Assembly: GCA_964449265.1 (NCBI GenBank) | Contig: CAYVAG010000002.1 | Location: forward strand, 1,369 to 65,368 | Source: an uncultured Candidatus Peribacteria bacterium | GTDB taxonomy: Bacteria; Patescibacteriota; Gracilibacteria; BD1-5; UBA2023 | DNA length: 64,000 bases | Reading direction: 5' to 3' | Shown here: positions 34,057-45,118 of the stretch, piece after piece | Layout of the letters: each line of letters opens with the position of its first letter | Numbering within the stretch: position 1 is the stretch's first letter | Translations under genes and position numbers: made by a program | The notes under the pieces: model-generated | Databases searched by the model: none | What the model saw: only the letters and a program-made list of their open reading frames with translations | What the model was told of the DNA's origin: nothing

Positions 34057-35493
34057 TTATCCTTTCGCCTCCACCCAGTTCTCCCCTGTATGCATATCGA
34101 CTTGTATGAGTGGTATTTGGTCACCGAGGATCCCGTGTTTCGGCCCATGTTTCGTGAGGACATTTTCCATAGATTCTCTCACAAGGGTTTCCCATGTTTC
34201 GACTTCATCTTTCGGGATATCGAAGACGAGTTCATCATGCACCTGGAGTATCATAGAGCCACGGAGATTTTTCTCGCGAACTTTCGCATCTATATCGAGC
34301 ATCGCGTATTTGAGCATATCTGCTGCGGTTCCCTGCACAGGCATATTTATCCCTTCTCGCTCAGCAATACCTCGGATAGTCTTATTGGCATCGGTAAGTC
34401 CTGGTATATACCGTCTTCTACCGAAAGCGGTCTCGACATAGCCAAGTGCTCTCCCCTCCTCGAGGATCGTCTCATAGTAGTTCTTCACTCATGGATAGCG
34501 CTCATAGAACGCTTCTATATATTTCTGTGCTTCCCATGGTGGGGCACCGAGCGTCTTCGCGAGTCCAAATCCTGTGATCCCATAGATCACTCCGAAGTTC
34601 ACTGTCTTCGCGATACGTCTCTGCTCTCACGATATTTCAGATATGTCTGGAAAGAGGAACTTGGCTGTACGAGCGTGGATATCCTCTCCTTTCTCGAATG
34701 CTTCGAGGAGTGACCTGTCCTGAGAAAGCCAAGCGAGTACTCGAAGCTCGATCTGAGAGTAGTCTGCGACGAGGAATATATTACCATCACTCGGCACAAA
34801 ACACGACTTGATCTCGCTTCCATAGCCGACACTTGTCGGGATATTTTGGAGATTGGGATCATTGGAACTCATGCGTCCTGTAGCAGCACCGATCTGTCCA
34901 TAAGTCGTATGTACTCGTCCTGACTTGTCGATAAGTGGGAGGAGTGACTCGACATAGGTGGACTGTAGCTTCGTCAGTGAGCGGTATTCGAGGATGAGAC
35001 GTGCGACATCGTACTCCTTCGCTATCTCTTCGAGGACTTCGTTGTCTACTGAGTATCCTGTTTTGTTTTTCTTCGTGGGCTTGATAGAGAGTTTTCCGAA
35101 GAGGAGATCAGCGACTTGTTTGGGAGAGTTGATATTGAAAAATTCCCCTGTCACTTCATATATCTCTGTCTCGATACGCTTGGTATCGACTCGGATACGA
35201 TTACCGATCTCTCGGAGTTTCTCCTTATCGAGTCTCACTCACTGATGTTCCATATGAGCGAGGATAGGGAGGAGGTGAGATTCGAGGTCATAGATTCACC
35301 CTGTACTTTCATCTTTAGAGATATTCGAGTCTTGCTCCTTATTTTCTTCTAGCAACTGCATGAGTGCGATCTTCCCTTCAGGAGTACCATCCCATGCATA
35401 TCCGAGCTCTCGGTCGATAAAATCAGCAAAAGATCATCTCGATCTTCCTGTCATGATCGTCTTCTCGAGTGCGATGTCGTGGAAAGTGGGCAT
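34057..35493 (-). CDS. polA: DNA polymerase I, polymerase domain only (no 5'-3' or 3'-5' exonuclease domains)
   Basis: ATG at 35493. Motif A: VADYSQIELRVLA. Motif B: RRIAKTVNFGVIYG. Motif C: LQVHDELVF. Only ~70 aa precede the thumb region. Confidence 0.88.
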
Positions 35494-35565
35494 AGTGCTA
35501 TAAAAAATCTTCCACAAGTATATGGAAGATTGATTGGGAGTAAAATATTTATTATTGGTTATTTA

Positions 35566-35835
35566 TTATCCATAAACCCTCTCATGATCTCCGACGTCCA
35601 TGAGAAAGAGAGATCCGTCACCTCTATCTCTGAGGATGATGCGCAAATCATCGTTTGCTGAAATAGAGCGAATTCTCTTATCCCATTTTCGAAGTGGATG
35701 ATTGCGAAGAGATGGATTATAGGGATCTATCTCATAGAGTTCGAGTGTATGCTTGATGAGCTCTTTTTCCTGTCTCGATAGGAGCGACATACCTTCACGA
35801 AAGACGAGCGATTGTTCGATTTGATTTTTTCACAT
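35566..35835 (-). CDS. RelE/ParE-superfamily toxin
   Basis: M-[TGA]-KNQIEQSLVFREG...NHPLRKWDKRIRSISANDDLRIILRDRGDGSLFLMDVGDHERVYG. 8 nt downstream of the antitoxin gene. Confidence 0.62.
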
Positions 35836-35843
35836 ATGCTCGT

Positions 35844-36131
35844 CTATTTATGTGAATCTATCATATCTGAAATCGAGGAAAATTTCTCTATTTTTATATT
35901 CCCAGCATCAGCATCCTCTGACATGCTTCTATAGTATTCATATTTTGCATTCGACATACGAGGTTCGTTCGCGAAAATCTCTCTTTTTCGTATCTCGAAG
36001 AGTTGCATGTTGATTAGGGTCGAGAGATCTGTACCATGAGATGAAGCATAGGACTGAGCCCATGACTTGATCGTCGGATCGATCCTGACGGTTGTGACGA
36101 CTTTTTTCTGTTTCGGAGTAGTGAGAGTCAT
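35844..36131 (-). CDS. Putative antitoxin (ribbon-helix-helix-like N-terminus)
   Basis: 95-aa intact ORF with KVVTTVRIDPTIKSWAQSYASSHGTDLSTLINMQL. Assigned by gene order and size. Confidence 0.5.
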   Translation of the reverse strand: MTLTTPKQKKVVTTVRIDPTIKSWAQSYASSHGTDLSTLINMQLFEIRKREIFANEPRMSNAKYEYYRSMSEDADAGNIKIEKFSSISDMIDSHK

Positions 36132-36283
36132 AAGTGAAGTATATATTGTATAGCGAGTGTATTCTATTTTAGGGAAAATGCAAAAAAATCTTCCATGAAA
36201 ATAAGGACCTCTCGTAAGAAAATGGTATTGACTTATATTTAAATAGTTATACTATAAATGTATAGTTAAGGAAAATTTTACTT

Positions 36284-38824
36284 ATGCATCTCGATCAATC
36301 TTCAGCTCCAGAAATAGAAACTCGCCCTTACCAAGATGTTGTCATCGATAAGATTTTTCGAGCATTCATCTCTCATCTCGAAGCAAATAACCTCCTCACA
36401 AAAAAAAGTAAATCAAAACTGAGACTCTCAGAACTCGCAGAGCATATAAAAAATAAAGCTCGTATGCTAGATGATCCGAAGAGAAGAGTAAGTCATCTCG
36501 TCGATCAATCAGCTCTCATAGATCAATCAATGGGATCATGAAAGACGCTCGTCCTTGCAAAAATACTCGAGCGGATTATGCTATTTCGCGATCAGTATAT
36601 GCATGATAAGCCACTGCGTGTGCTCATCGTCACTGATCGTATCAGTACGGTAGATCAGCTCCAATCAGACTTCATGACAGGAAGGTGAATAGAGACTGCA
36701 CCACTTCTCTCTGAAAGAGTACGAGGATCAATCAGAGATACAATCAACCACTCTCAGTCGAATCAAAATATCGCTCATGGCTTTTCAGAGGTATCTGAAA
36801 TAGACGACCAAAAAAAGGATGAAGTCATCTTCTCGACTATACACTCGGCAGATAAGCTCACTGAAACATGAGCATTCGATATTATCATAGTCGATGAAGC
36901 TGATGCAAGTCTTCGCACAGATGGAGAATATCTTCCTATTCTCGAACAACTCGCTGAAAAATCAAGTATAGAGTGAGTAAAACCATTTATCATCGGGGCA
37001 ACTGGAACAGCTGACCGCGAAACGGAGAATATATTTGGTCCTGCGCGAGCTACATATACCCTTACTGAATATCTCATGAGTGGATATGCTCCAGATATCA
37101 GCTACCATCTCATGACTCACCCGAACGTGACCGAGGATGAATTAGGCTCGCTTCATTCCGAGATACTGCGCATACAGCAGTATGGTGATATCGCGAAAAA
37201 GCGTAAGGGTCTCAAAGAATTTCGTACAAAACTCGATACCATCCTCCTACGTATGCATTGATACGATGAACTTGCGAGACATATGAGCGCACATATCGAT
37301 CTTACGAAGAAGACTGTCGTTTTCACGCCATCCATAAGAGATGCTGAAGAACTTACAGAAGCCCTGAATAGAATAGATGGTATGAGTGGAAAAGTCATAG
37401 CAATCCATAGTGATTCGAGTGAAACTGATAGTGCCATACTCTCACGATTTCGCGATAGAGATAATCCTCTTTCAGTACTTACATGAGTAGATAAGCTCAA
37501 TCGTGGCATCGACCTTCCAGAGTGTGCCAATATCGTATTTCTTCGCGATACTGGATCGAAGAGGATATTTTCTCAGCAACTCGCACGAGGGCTCAGAGGA
37601 GAGGAGACAGCGATCTATGACTATGTGGTCAACCTCTCCAATCTCGTCTATCTCTATGATGTGCAGGAGCGATGAGCAAGACGAAATGGTGCATATGGAA
37701 AGACATGAGGAAAAGGCTCTTCTCAGATCAGGCTCTTCTTCGGTGGACAACCGATAGGAGAAGGTACTGATGCCTCCTCAACACGAGAAGTCAATTTCTA
37801 TGATCTCTGTGGACTCTATCTCGATACTCATAGACAGTATGATATCGTGGAGCTCGGGACAACACCAGAGATGGTCAGAGAGACTCTTACGGGATATGGG
37901 GTTGTAGATTATGAAACGTTGATGAGCTTTGGCGTATATAAGTTTAGTTCAATATTTGGAAGGAGTGATATCGGTATAATTTTAAAAAAGAAAATACACT
38001 ATATATATCCTGATGATCTTTATAATCTTGCGATGTGGATTGGATGGTCAATACCCAAAGAAGCCCCAAAAAAAACAAAAGAATTAGGAACAGATCCAAG
38101 CATAGTACGCAAAAAATTAGCAGAATATGGTATTACAGATACTGAATCTCTACGGGAATTTGGTCCTAAAAAATTTATGAAAAATTTCGGACGTCCAAAC
38201 CTAAGAAAAAGGATTTTACAGAACACATGAAATCGATACTTAAAACTAGATGATTTAGATAGTCTTGCCCAGTGGCTATGATGGGAAATAAAACCCAGAA
38301 AACAAATACGGATAACTAAAAAGGGAGTATTATCTTTAGGAGAAAATTCAGTTACAATAATTCATACTCTAGCAAAATATAATATTATAGATTATACGAC
38401 TTTACTAGAATTTGGTCCTGTAAAATTTAGAAAAACTTTCGGTGTATCTGATATAAAGAAAATCTTAACAATTAGTTCATCTCATTGAAATATAAGTACT
38501 GATAGTTTGTATGCTCTAGCGATATTTTTGGGATGGGAAGTACCAGAAAAGAAACCTAGTGAAACTACGGGACAAAAAATTATTCTCGGAGATTTACCTG
38601 AAACAGTAAGTAAAACATTAGCACAGTATGAAATTATAGATTATGAGACATTAATGCGGTTCGGTATAACGCAGTTTAATACGATATTTTGAAGAATTAG
38701 CGTTTGAAAAATTTTAGGAAAGAAAAAGAAACATATTTCTACCGAAGATCTCAATGATCTCGCTGTTTGGCTCTGATGGGAAGTTCCAGAGAAGAGACCG
38801 AGTGAAGATAGTAAGAAAAGATAG
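36284..38824 (+). CDS. SF2 DEAD-like helicase with four C-terminal ~80-aa tandem repeats
   Basis: All track ORFs 36284, 37076, 37283, 37847 and 38507 share frame 2. I translated the gaps and they contain only TGA. Motif I QSMGS-[TGA]-KTL; motif II IIVDEADA; motif III GATGT; motif VI QQLARGLR. TAG at 38822-38824. Confidence 0.82.
37850..38824 (+). repeat. Four tandem coding repeats (units start 37850, 38081, 38336, 38585)
   Basis: Consensus LG..P..V...L..YgI.DyetL..FG..kF...FG.s....IL.(10-15).s.ddL..LA.WLGWE.P.K.P. Unit periods are 231, 255 and 249 nt. Confidence 0.75.
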
Positions 38825-38886
38825 AAAGAGTAATCCAAATAAGACATGTCACTTGCGAAGAGAAATCTTTTCTCTATACTTCCCCC

Positions 38887-40185
38887 ATGCCCACTCGGAA
38901 AATATATACCAACACGCTCGCTCAGATAGGAGCCAAACTCCTCACAGCCCTTATCTCGATCGTGATGATCAAGGTGCTCACGAACTATCTCGACATCGCG
39001 GGCTATGGTCTCTACTCGAAGATATATAACTATCTCTCGATATTCGCCGTCATCGCGGATCTCGGACTCTATACCATCACCGTCCGAGAGCTCACGAAGA
39101 ATGAAGACGACCAGAAGATGGTCGAGAAGATCAGCTCGAATGTGCTCACACTTCGTACTGCCTCAGGACTTCTCATCCTCGGACTCTCCCTCGCTATCGC
39201 GCCATTTCTGTCATGATACGATACTCCGACTGCCTATATCGGCATCGCTATCGCCTCACTCTTCACCCTCGCAGGACTCATGAATAGTTCCATCATGAGC
39301 TATCTCCAGGCTACCCTGCGTACAGAGTTTTCTCTCGTTGCGAATACGAGCGGGAAACTCCTGACATTTGGCATGATCGTCCTCTTCGCGAGTGTCCTCT
39401 ATCCGACTTCGACTGGTGTGTCTTCTGAGTGGAAATTCACCCTCGTCATGCTCGCAGGACTCGCAGGCAATATCCTCATGACCGCACTGACATGGTGGTA
39501 TGCGAGTCGACATCACCGTATCCAATTCGCGTGGGATAGTGAGTATATCAAGCATATTATCCGCATATCACTTCCCTACTGAGTAGCACTCTTTCTGAAT
39601 GTCATATTTTTCAAAGTCGATACCATCCTCCTCTCTGTCATGGAGTCGAGAGAAATCGCAGATATCGCCGTCGCGCTCTACGCCCTTCCTATGAAGCTCG
39701 TCGAAGTCGGGATGATGTATGGGACGATATTTCTGAACTCTCTCCTCCCCGTCCTCACAAGTGCTATAGAGAAAAAAGATGATGCGAAAGTCACGAAGCT
39801 CACGCGCCATGCCTTCTCACTCCTCTTCATCTGAGGTATATCCGCGAGCCTCTTTCTGGCGCTCTTCGCGCCATGGGTCATACGTATCATCTCGACTCCA
39901 GAGTTCGTCCATACGACTGTGCTTGGATATAGTTCGGTCGATGCGCTTCGTATCGTCGGATGGATATTTCTCGTCTACTTCGTCTCATCGCTCTATACCT
40001 ATATCCTTATCGCGCGGGGTGAGCAGAGGAAGATGATGTATATAAATGCGTTCGTCGCGCTGCTCAATATCATCTGAAATATCATCTTCATCCCGCACTA
40101 TAGCTTCATCGGATCAGCATGGGTGACATTGGTGACACAGATTTTATTACTCGTACTTACTTATATTGTGGTAAAGAAAAAATAG
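38887..40185 (+). CDS. MOP-superfamily flippase (Wzx/polysaccharide biosynthesis protein type)
   Basis: About 12 predicted TM helices. ORFs 38887, 39280 and 39640 share frame 1, joined by TGA. TAG at 40183-40185. Confidence 0.78.
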
Positions 40186-40210
40186 TCGATTATTTGCGCG
40201 TTTTTCACTT

Positions 40211-41377
40211 TTGCGATATACTACCATTATGAACGAACAAGACCGCATCAATGCTATGATTAGCTACTTCTTCCTCGGTCCACTTTTTCTCCTTGCGAAG
40301 AGTGGTACACCACTTTCGATGAACTATGTGAAAGGGCATGCGAAAAATGCCAGCAAAATTATCTTCTTTTTTGTCCTTTGTGTTATCGCATATTTTTTTG
40401 TGAAACCCTTCATTAATTTCTCGATTCCTGGACTCGGTATCCATATACATACCATCCTCCTTGCCACTATCGTGACAGTCTGTCTCGTATTCCTCATGCG
40501 AGGAGCGTATGGAGCATATAAGTGAATCGAGGCGTGAGCAGTCATGAGCATCACTCCAGATATGCATATCACTTCTCATGAAGAGTCACTCGTTACTGAA
40601 GAAGAGAAGGTCCATGTACTCGCCAGTATGATACCACTTCTGGGTATCTGGATCGCACAGAAATATCCATCACCTGCGACGATATCTGGGCGCATCATCT
40701 GAAGCGCACTTTTGTTCGTTTACATTATCTCACTCTGGCTTACTGGCGCAGAATCACTTCTTTCGTTTCTCATACTCGCCTCTGCTATCCTCCTTTTTGT
40801 AGTGAAGTGAGTCTATATTTTCATCTATGACCGATCTATCGTGCTCGACATTCTGGAGAGGCTTCCATCATATAGCGCTATTCATACTGGTATAGTAGCA
40901 TCTATATACTCTATTATCGAGTTTTTTCGAATTGTATTTGGATGAAAGTCCCGTGTATCATGGGGGGTATTTTTCGAGCGAGAGTCGTCATGACAAAATC
41001 CGACAGAGAACCTCGAATCTTATTTCATGCCTGCGAATCTCCTCGCTATTCCATTTTTTAACCTCTTTGGTATACCATCACTCCTTATCGAACGATACCG
41101 AGCATATAGGCGCCTTATCATCGAAGGACTTCTCATCACACTTCTCTGGGCGTATGTGCTCTTCTTTCTCTGATCATACAGTCACCCACTTCTTCTCCTC
41201 TCCTTCTTTCCTATCATACATATCCTCTCCTATGGGAAAAATACGCTTTTGCTCCATACACCAGGAACATCACTCATCATCAGGATATTCGAGAGCTTTG
41301 GTTCTATGAGATCTCAGATCGGAGAGATGAAAAAATCAGAAGAAAGTGAAAAATTTACTTACGAACAGAAAATATAA
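40211..41377 (+). CDS. Multi-pass membrane protein, unknown function
   Basis: I translated frame 2 continuously from 40526 to 41377 with 7 TGA and no TAA/TAG. An alternative start is ATG 40229. Confidence 0.6.
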
Positions 41378-41747
41378 TTCCATCAAAAATTTCTCATAAA
41401 AAAACACCACTTGCATGGTGATTTTTTTATAGTCTCTCTCGACCGTTGTAGATCTTATTTTATCCCTGTTTGCAAGGAGATCTATCTGAGTACTGCTCGA
41501 ATAGATGACGGCGAGTCGGATTCACCAGAAGCGAACCTGGCGACCCGCTCTTTAGGATGCGGTAAATTTTGTAGAGAAAAATACCGACCAGATGCACGCG
41601 AAGAGTGAGAATACAAGATGTAGTATAATCCGATTCGAAAGAAAGCAAGAAAAATAGAGAAAAAGAGCTTGACGATGCGACTCTCCTAAAAATGTGTACA
41701 AAGAGATCGTATATTTACGCCCTTTTTCTTATAAGTACAATGACTAT

Positions 41748-42416
41748 TTATTCGAAGAGATAGTAACAAATCGTCATTTGCACTCAGTATACATTGAATC
41801 CACCATCAGCTAATCCTGGATAACAGACTTTATCCAAAGAAAGAGGTAAATTCACCACACCACTTTCCGTATAACCTGGAGTACTATCATCAAATCATGT
41901 ACCCAGATAGAGCAAGTAACCATCTGGTACATCCGGGGCTCTATCAAAAATCATCCATGTAAGTATGCCTACTTTTTTGGGATCAGACATATCCCTTCCT
42001 GGTATTTGCACACTTGCTCCAAATTTATCAAAAAGCGACTTATACGTATACTCTATGGCTAGAGAAGCATAGTAATCAGGATTATAGAAAAATGTTTTCG
42101 TTTTTTCGTGAAGTTTTGGGTTGTTTCGAGTGATAAAGTCACTCATCGCAGTATGTCTGTTTATAGTAGGGCAATAGATATTATCGTCTAATTCAGAAAA
42201 ACAATAGAGTGTACTTGGTCCATCGATTTCCCCAACCTCATTCCTATAGAGATTTACCATTTTTATCATCTCAGCAGCAGTATTTTGGTAATTAACTACT
42301 CTTGCTTTTAGTATGTAATTAGAAATTTGAGGATACAGAACTGCTGCTAAGGTTCCTATTATAGCTATAACTATCATTATTTCCATGAGAGTAAATCATT
42401 TTTTGTTTTTTAGCAT
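41748..42416 (-). CDS. Type IV pilin (candidate major pilin)
   Basis: MLKNKK-[TGA 42396-42398]-FTLMEIMIVIAIIGTLAAVLYPQ. Continues past TGA 41895-41897 to TAA 41748-41750. Confidence 0.8.
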
Positions 42417-42448
42417 TTTGAAAAAATTAATATAAAACTTTGATTTGA

Positions 42449-42476
42449 ATTATAAGTTTTTTTTATTTCTTTTCAA
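42449..42476 (-). promoter_or_regulatory. Near-consensus sigma-70 promoter of the pilin gene
   Basis: On the minus strand: TTGAAA, 16-nt spacer, TATAAT. The -10 box ends 33 nt upstream of the pilin ATG. It starts 2 nt after the upstream gene stop. Confidence 0.5.
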
Positions 42477-42477
42477 G

Positions 42478-45003
42478 TTAAATCTTCCCCCGTCTCATGA
42501 TGTATCCGAGTCCGATGCCACTTCCGAATATGAAAAATGCAAGAGGATTCGTAGAAGAAGATTCTCAGCTCTCATTTTCTGCAGATGCCTCTGGAATGAT
42601 AGTGAGTGGTTTTGATTTTTTTGCTTTCTTTATTTTCGGTTTCTTTGATTTTTTTGCTTTTTTGGGTTTCTTTTTTTCTGGTACGACCTGTATGGTGAAT
42701 GTTTCTTTATTCGAAATCCCTGGTGATTTTCTTTGGTACATGAGGAGTACTACTTCGTGGATTCCTGAAGTGAGTTTCCAGGCTTTTGGATTTTTCCCTA
42801 TATAGACCTCTTCACCATCGACGAGCCAATGATATTCGTATCATTTCAGAGTTCCACCGAGAGTGAAATTCATGTTACAGAGCTTCTTCTTTTTATATTC
42901 ACAGATATAGAAATTCTCTTTTATTTCTTTCCCATTTTTTCCTTGAAGGATGATTTTCGGCGGTGAATAGAAAAGCATCTTTATTTTCTTTATCTTCTTT
43001 TTTTCTTCTTCTAGAGAAGCCGATATCTTCTCTTTTTTCTTTTTAGACTTTTGGATTTTCTCTTCTTTCTCTTCCTTTGGTTTCGGTCAGACGACGTGGA
43101 TATGATAGTCGATCTGAGCATAATTCCCTACTTCATCGATCACACGAAGGATGATGACATGATCTCCGATACCATATTTTCGTCCACCAGGATCCTTCGA
43201 AGTCGAGATATCATTTTGACCATAGATCCAGAGAAATGAGACTTTCGAACCCTCGGGATCATAAGACTTCTCTGCAGTGAAGTTCACGCTACAGGTCATC
43301 GTATAGCAGATAAGACTATCTTCCCCGTCTTGGAAATAGTACTCTTTCCATTTATTATCGAGTTCCATGACGGCTATTGGTTTTCCTGTATCAGGAACTC
43401 ATGGTGGAAGGGTATTCACGGGAGAGACTGTCGAAGTGACATTCCACTCGACTCCAAATACTTTGGTCACGAGATTTCCTGTATGCGCTTTTTCTCTGAG
43501 TTCGATGACGAGTGTTCATGAGTGAGTATAGTAGAGTGTATTCGGATTGCAGTCGGTATCGAGAGTGAGTATATCTCCTGTCCCGAAGTAGCACTGGTAC
43601 TCTCGCATAGCGAATCCACTCGAAAATATCGGTTCAATCGTCAGGTTGATCCGACAGTCGACCGTCGTACAAGCGAAACTCTCTCATGAGAGAGTCGCAT
43701 TGGTCGGGGACTGAAGCGTCGGGATGATCTCTGGGAAAAGAAAGGAGATTCCAGATGAAGACGAAATAGAATCCGTCGATACAGTGCCACTATTTACTAC
43801 TCCCGTTCCCGTCATTCCCGCGGAAGCGTGAATCTGACTCGATGATCTAGTATACACTTTCCTATATTCATCGAACGACTTCGTGAGGAGGAAATCTTCT
43901 GGGATTTTTCCTCCGATCGAGCGAAATCCAAGATCGGTAGAAGACTTGAGTCTGAGATCACTCGTCGTAGAATCTGTGATATGAAGCGTTGTTTTCTCGA
44001 GGTCTCATTCCACTATTTGGAGAGTCAGAATATTTCCAGAAAGGGATCATATGAGGATGTATCCACTTGCTGTATCGATCTTCGTGGCTGAGAGACCACC
44101 AGTACGAGAGAAGAGGAAAATATCATTCACATTTACTGCTCATGTGAGTATATATGGATAGAGGATTTCGAGAGTATCTATCTTACTATTTCCATCACCA
44201 TCAGAGTAATACATCTCCAGTGGCGAAAGTGTACCAGTCTCGACATAAGGAGGAACTATCTCTCCCGTATTTGTCGATCATGAATCCGTATTTCATGAGT
44301 TCGTAGTCTCGTTACCCTCAGGAATTGATCCTCCTGTATCCGAGATTTCTCCGATTCCAGATGTACTTCCTGTATTCTGAATCGATCCTGTATTCTGAAT
44401 CGATCCTGTATCTGTAGGAGATTCTATAGCTCATGTACTCGTACTTCCTGTCGCATCGAGTGTTCCTGTAGAAATAGCACTTCCTGTCATACCTTCAGGA
44501 AGAGGAGTTATTTCTCCCGTATTGGTCGTACCTGTTTCTGTAGATCCCGTCATTCCTGCGGAGGCAGGAATTTCTGTATCTGTATTGGTACTCTCTGGAG
44601 GTATACAGGTTTCATCGGTAAGAGAGATGGTGAGGACGATATTATCTCACTGTGTTCCAGAGTAGTTATAGGAATCTATGAGTATTCCATTTGCATCTCT
44701 CAGAAATACGGATTCATTTCAGGAATTATTGAGTGCTATTTTTGTTTCACTGTAGAGTAATTTTTTATTTGCATGTGAACTGATACTCGTTCCAATAGGA
44801 AGGATATAGCTTTTTCAGGAAAGATCAGAGAGAGTATATCAGGATATATCAACACTGGCACAGCCAGTATTTCGAAGTTCTATATATTCTCCGAGGGTAT
44901 CATCTCACGCGGGATTCGGCAAAAGCGAAGAAAAACCCACCAAAGCAAAAGCTCTGATGGGTACGAGTACCATGAGAAAAGTAGCTATAACGAAGCGTCT
45001 CAT
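42478..45003 (-). CDS. Large surface protein: signal peptide, lamin-tail domain, Thr/Ser/Gly-rich linkers, PKD-like domains, Lys-rich region, C-terminal TM anchor
   Basis: 842 codons in one frame with track ORF 43087-43368. LTD: LLPNPAGDDTLGEYIELRNTG...LNNSGNESVFLRD. PKD-like: SYDPEGSKVSFLWIYG...GDHVIILRVIDEVGN. C-terminus: LAFFIFGSGIGLGYIMRRGKI. Confidence 0.8.
43808..43836. repeat. Imperfect palindromic element embedded in frame in the surface-protein gene (copy 1)
   Basis: cccgtcattcccgcggaagcgtgaatctg. Encodes HASAGMTG. Confidence 0.6.
44371..44414 (-). repeat. 18-bp perfect tandem duplication plus partial third unit
   Basis: tgtattctgaatcgatcc appears twice, then tgtatctg. Encodes TGSIQN TGSIQN TGS. 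Confidence 0.85.
44546..44574. repeat. Palindromic element embedded in frame in the surface-protein gene (copy 2)
   Basis: cccgtcattcctgcggaggcaggaatttc with perfect 8-bp arms attcctgc/gcaggaat. Encodes PASAGMTG. Confidence 0.6.
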
Positions 45004-45118
45004 AGAAAAAAGTTATTCTCTACATGAGAATTATACTCTTACCTAGGAAAATGCAAGAAGATATTCTTTATTTTTTTCTATTTTTAGCTACAATTCAAAA
45101 CAATTAATCCTCACTTTC

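Noticed and set aside
41411-41648. Two overlapping small ORFs (plus 41411-41608, minus 41460-41648)
   Set aside because: Their composition is not protein-like, they have no motifs, and both lie in a convergent terminator region. Reported only as a possible non-coding RNA locus.
42600-42700. T-rich imperfect direct repeats that could be a regulatory array
   Set aside because: They lie inside the surface-protein reading frame and simply encode the Lys-rich KKAKKSKKPK stretch.
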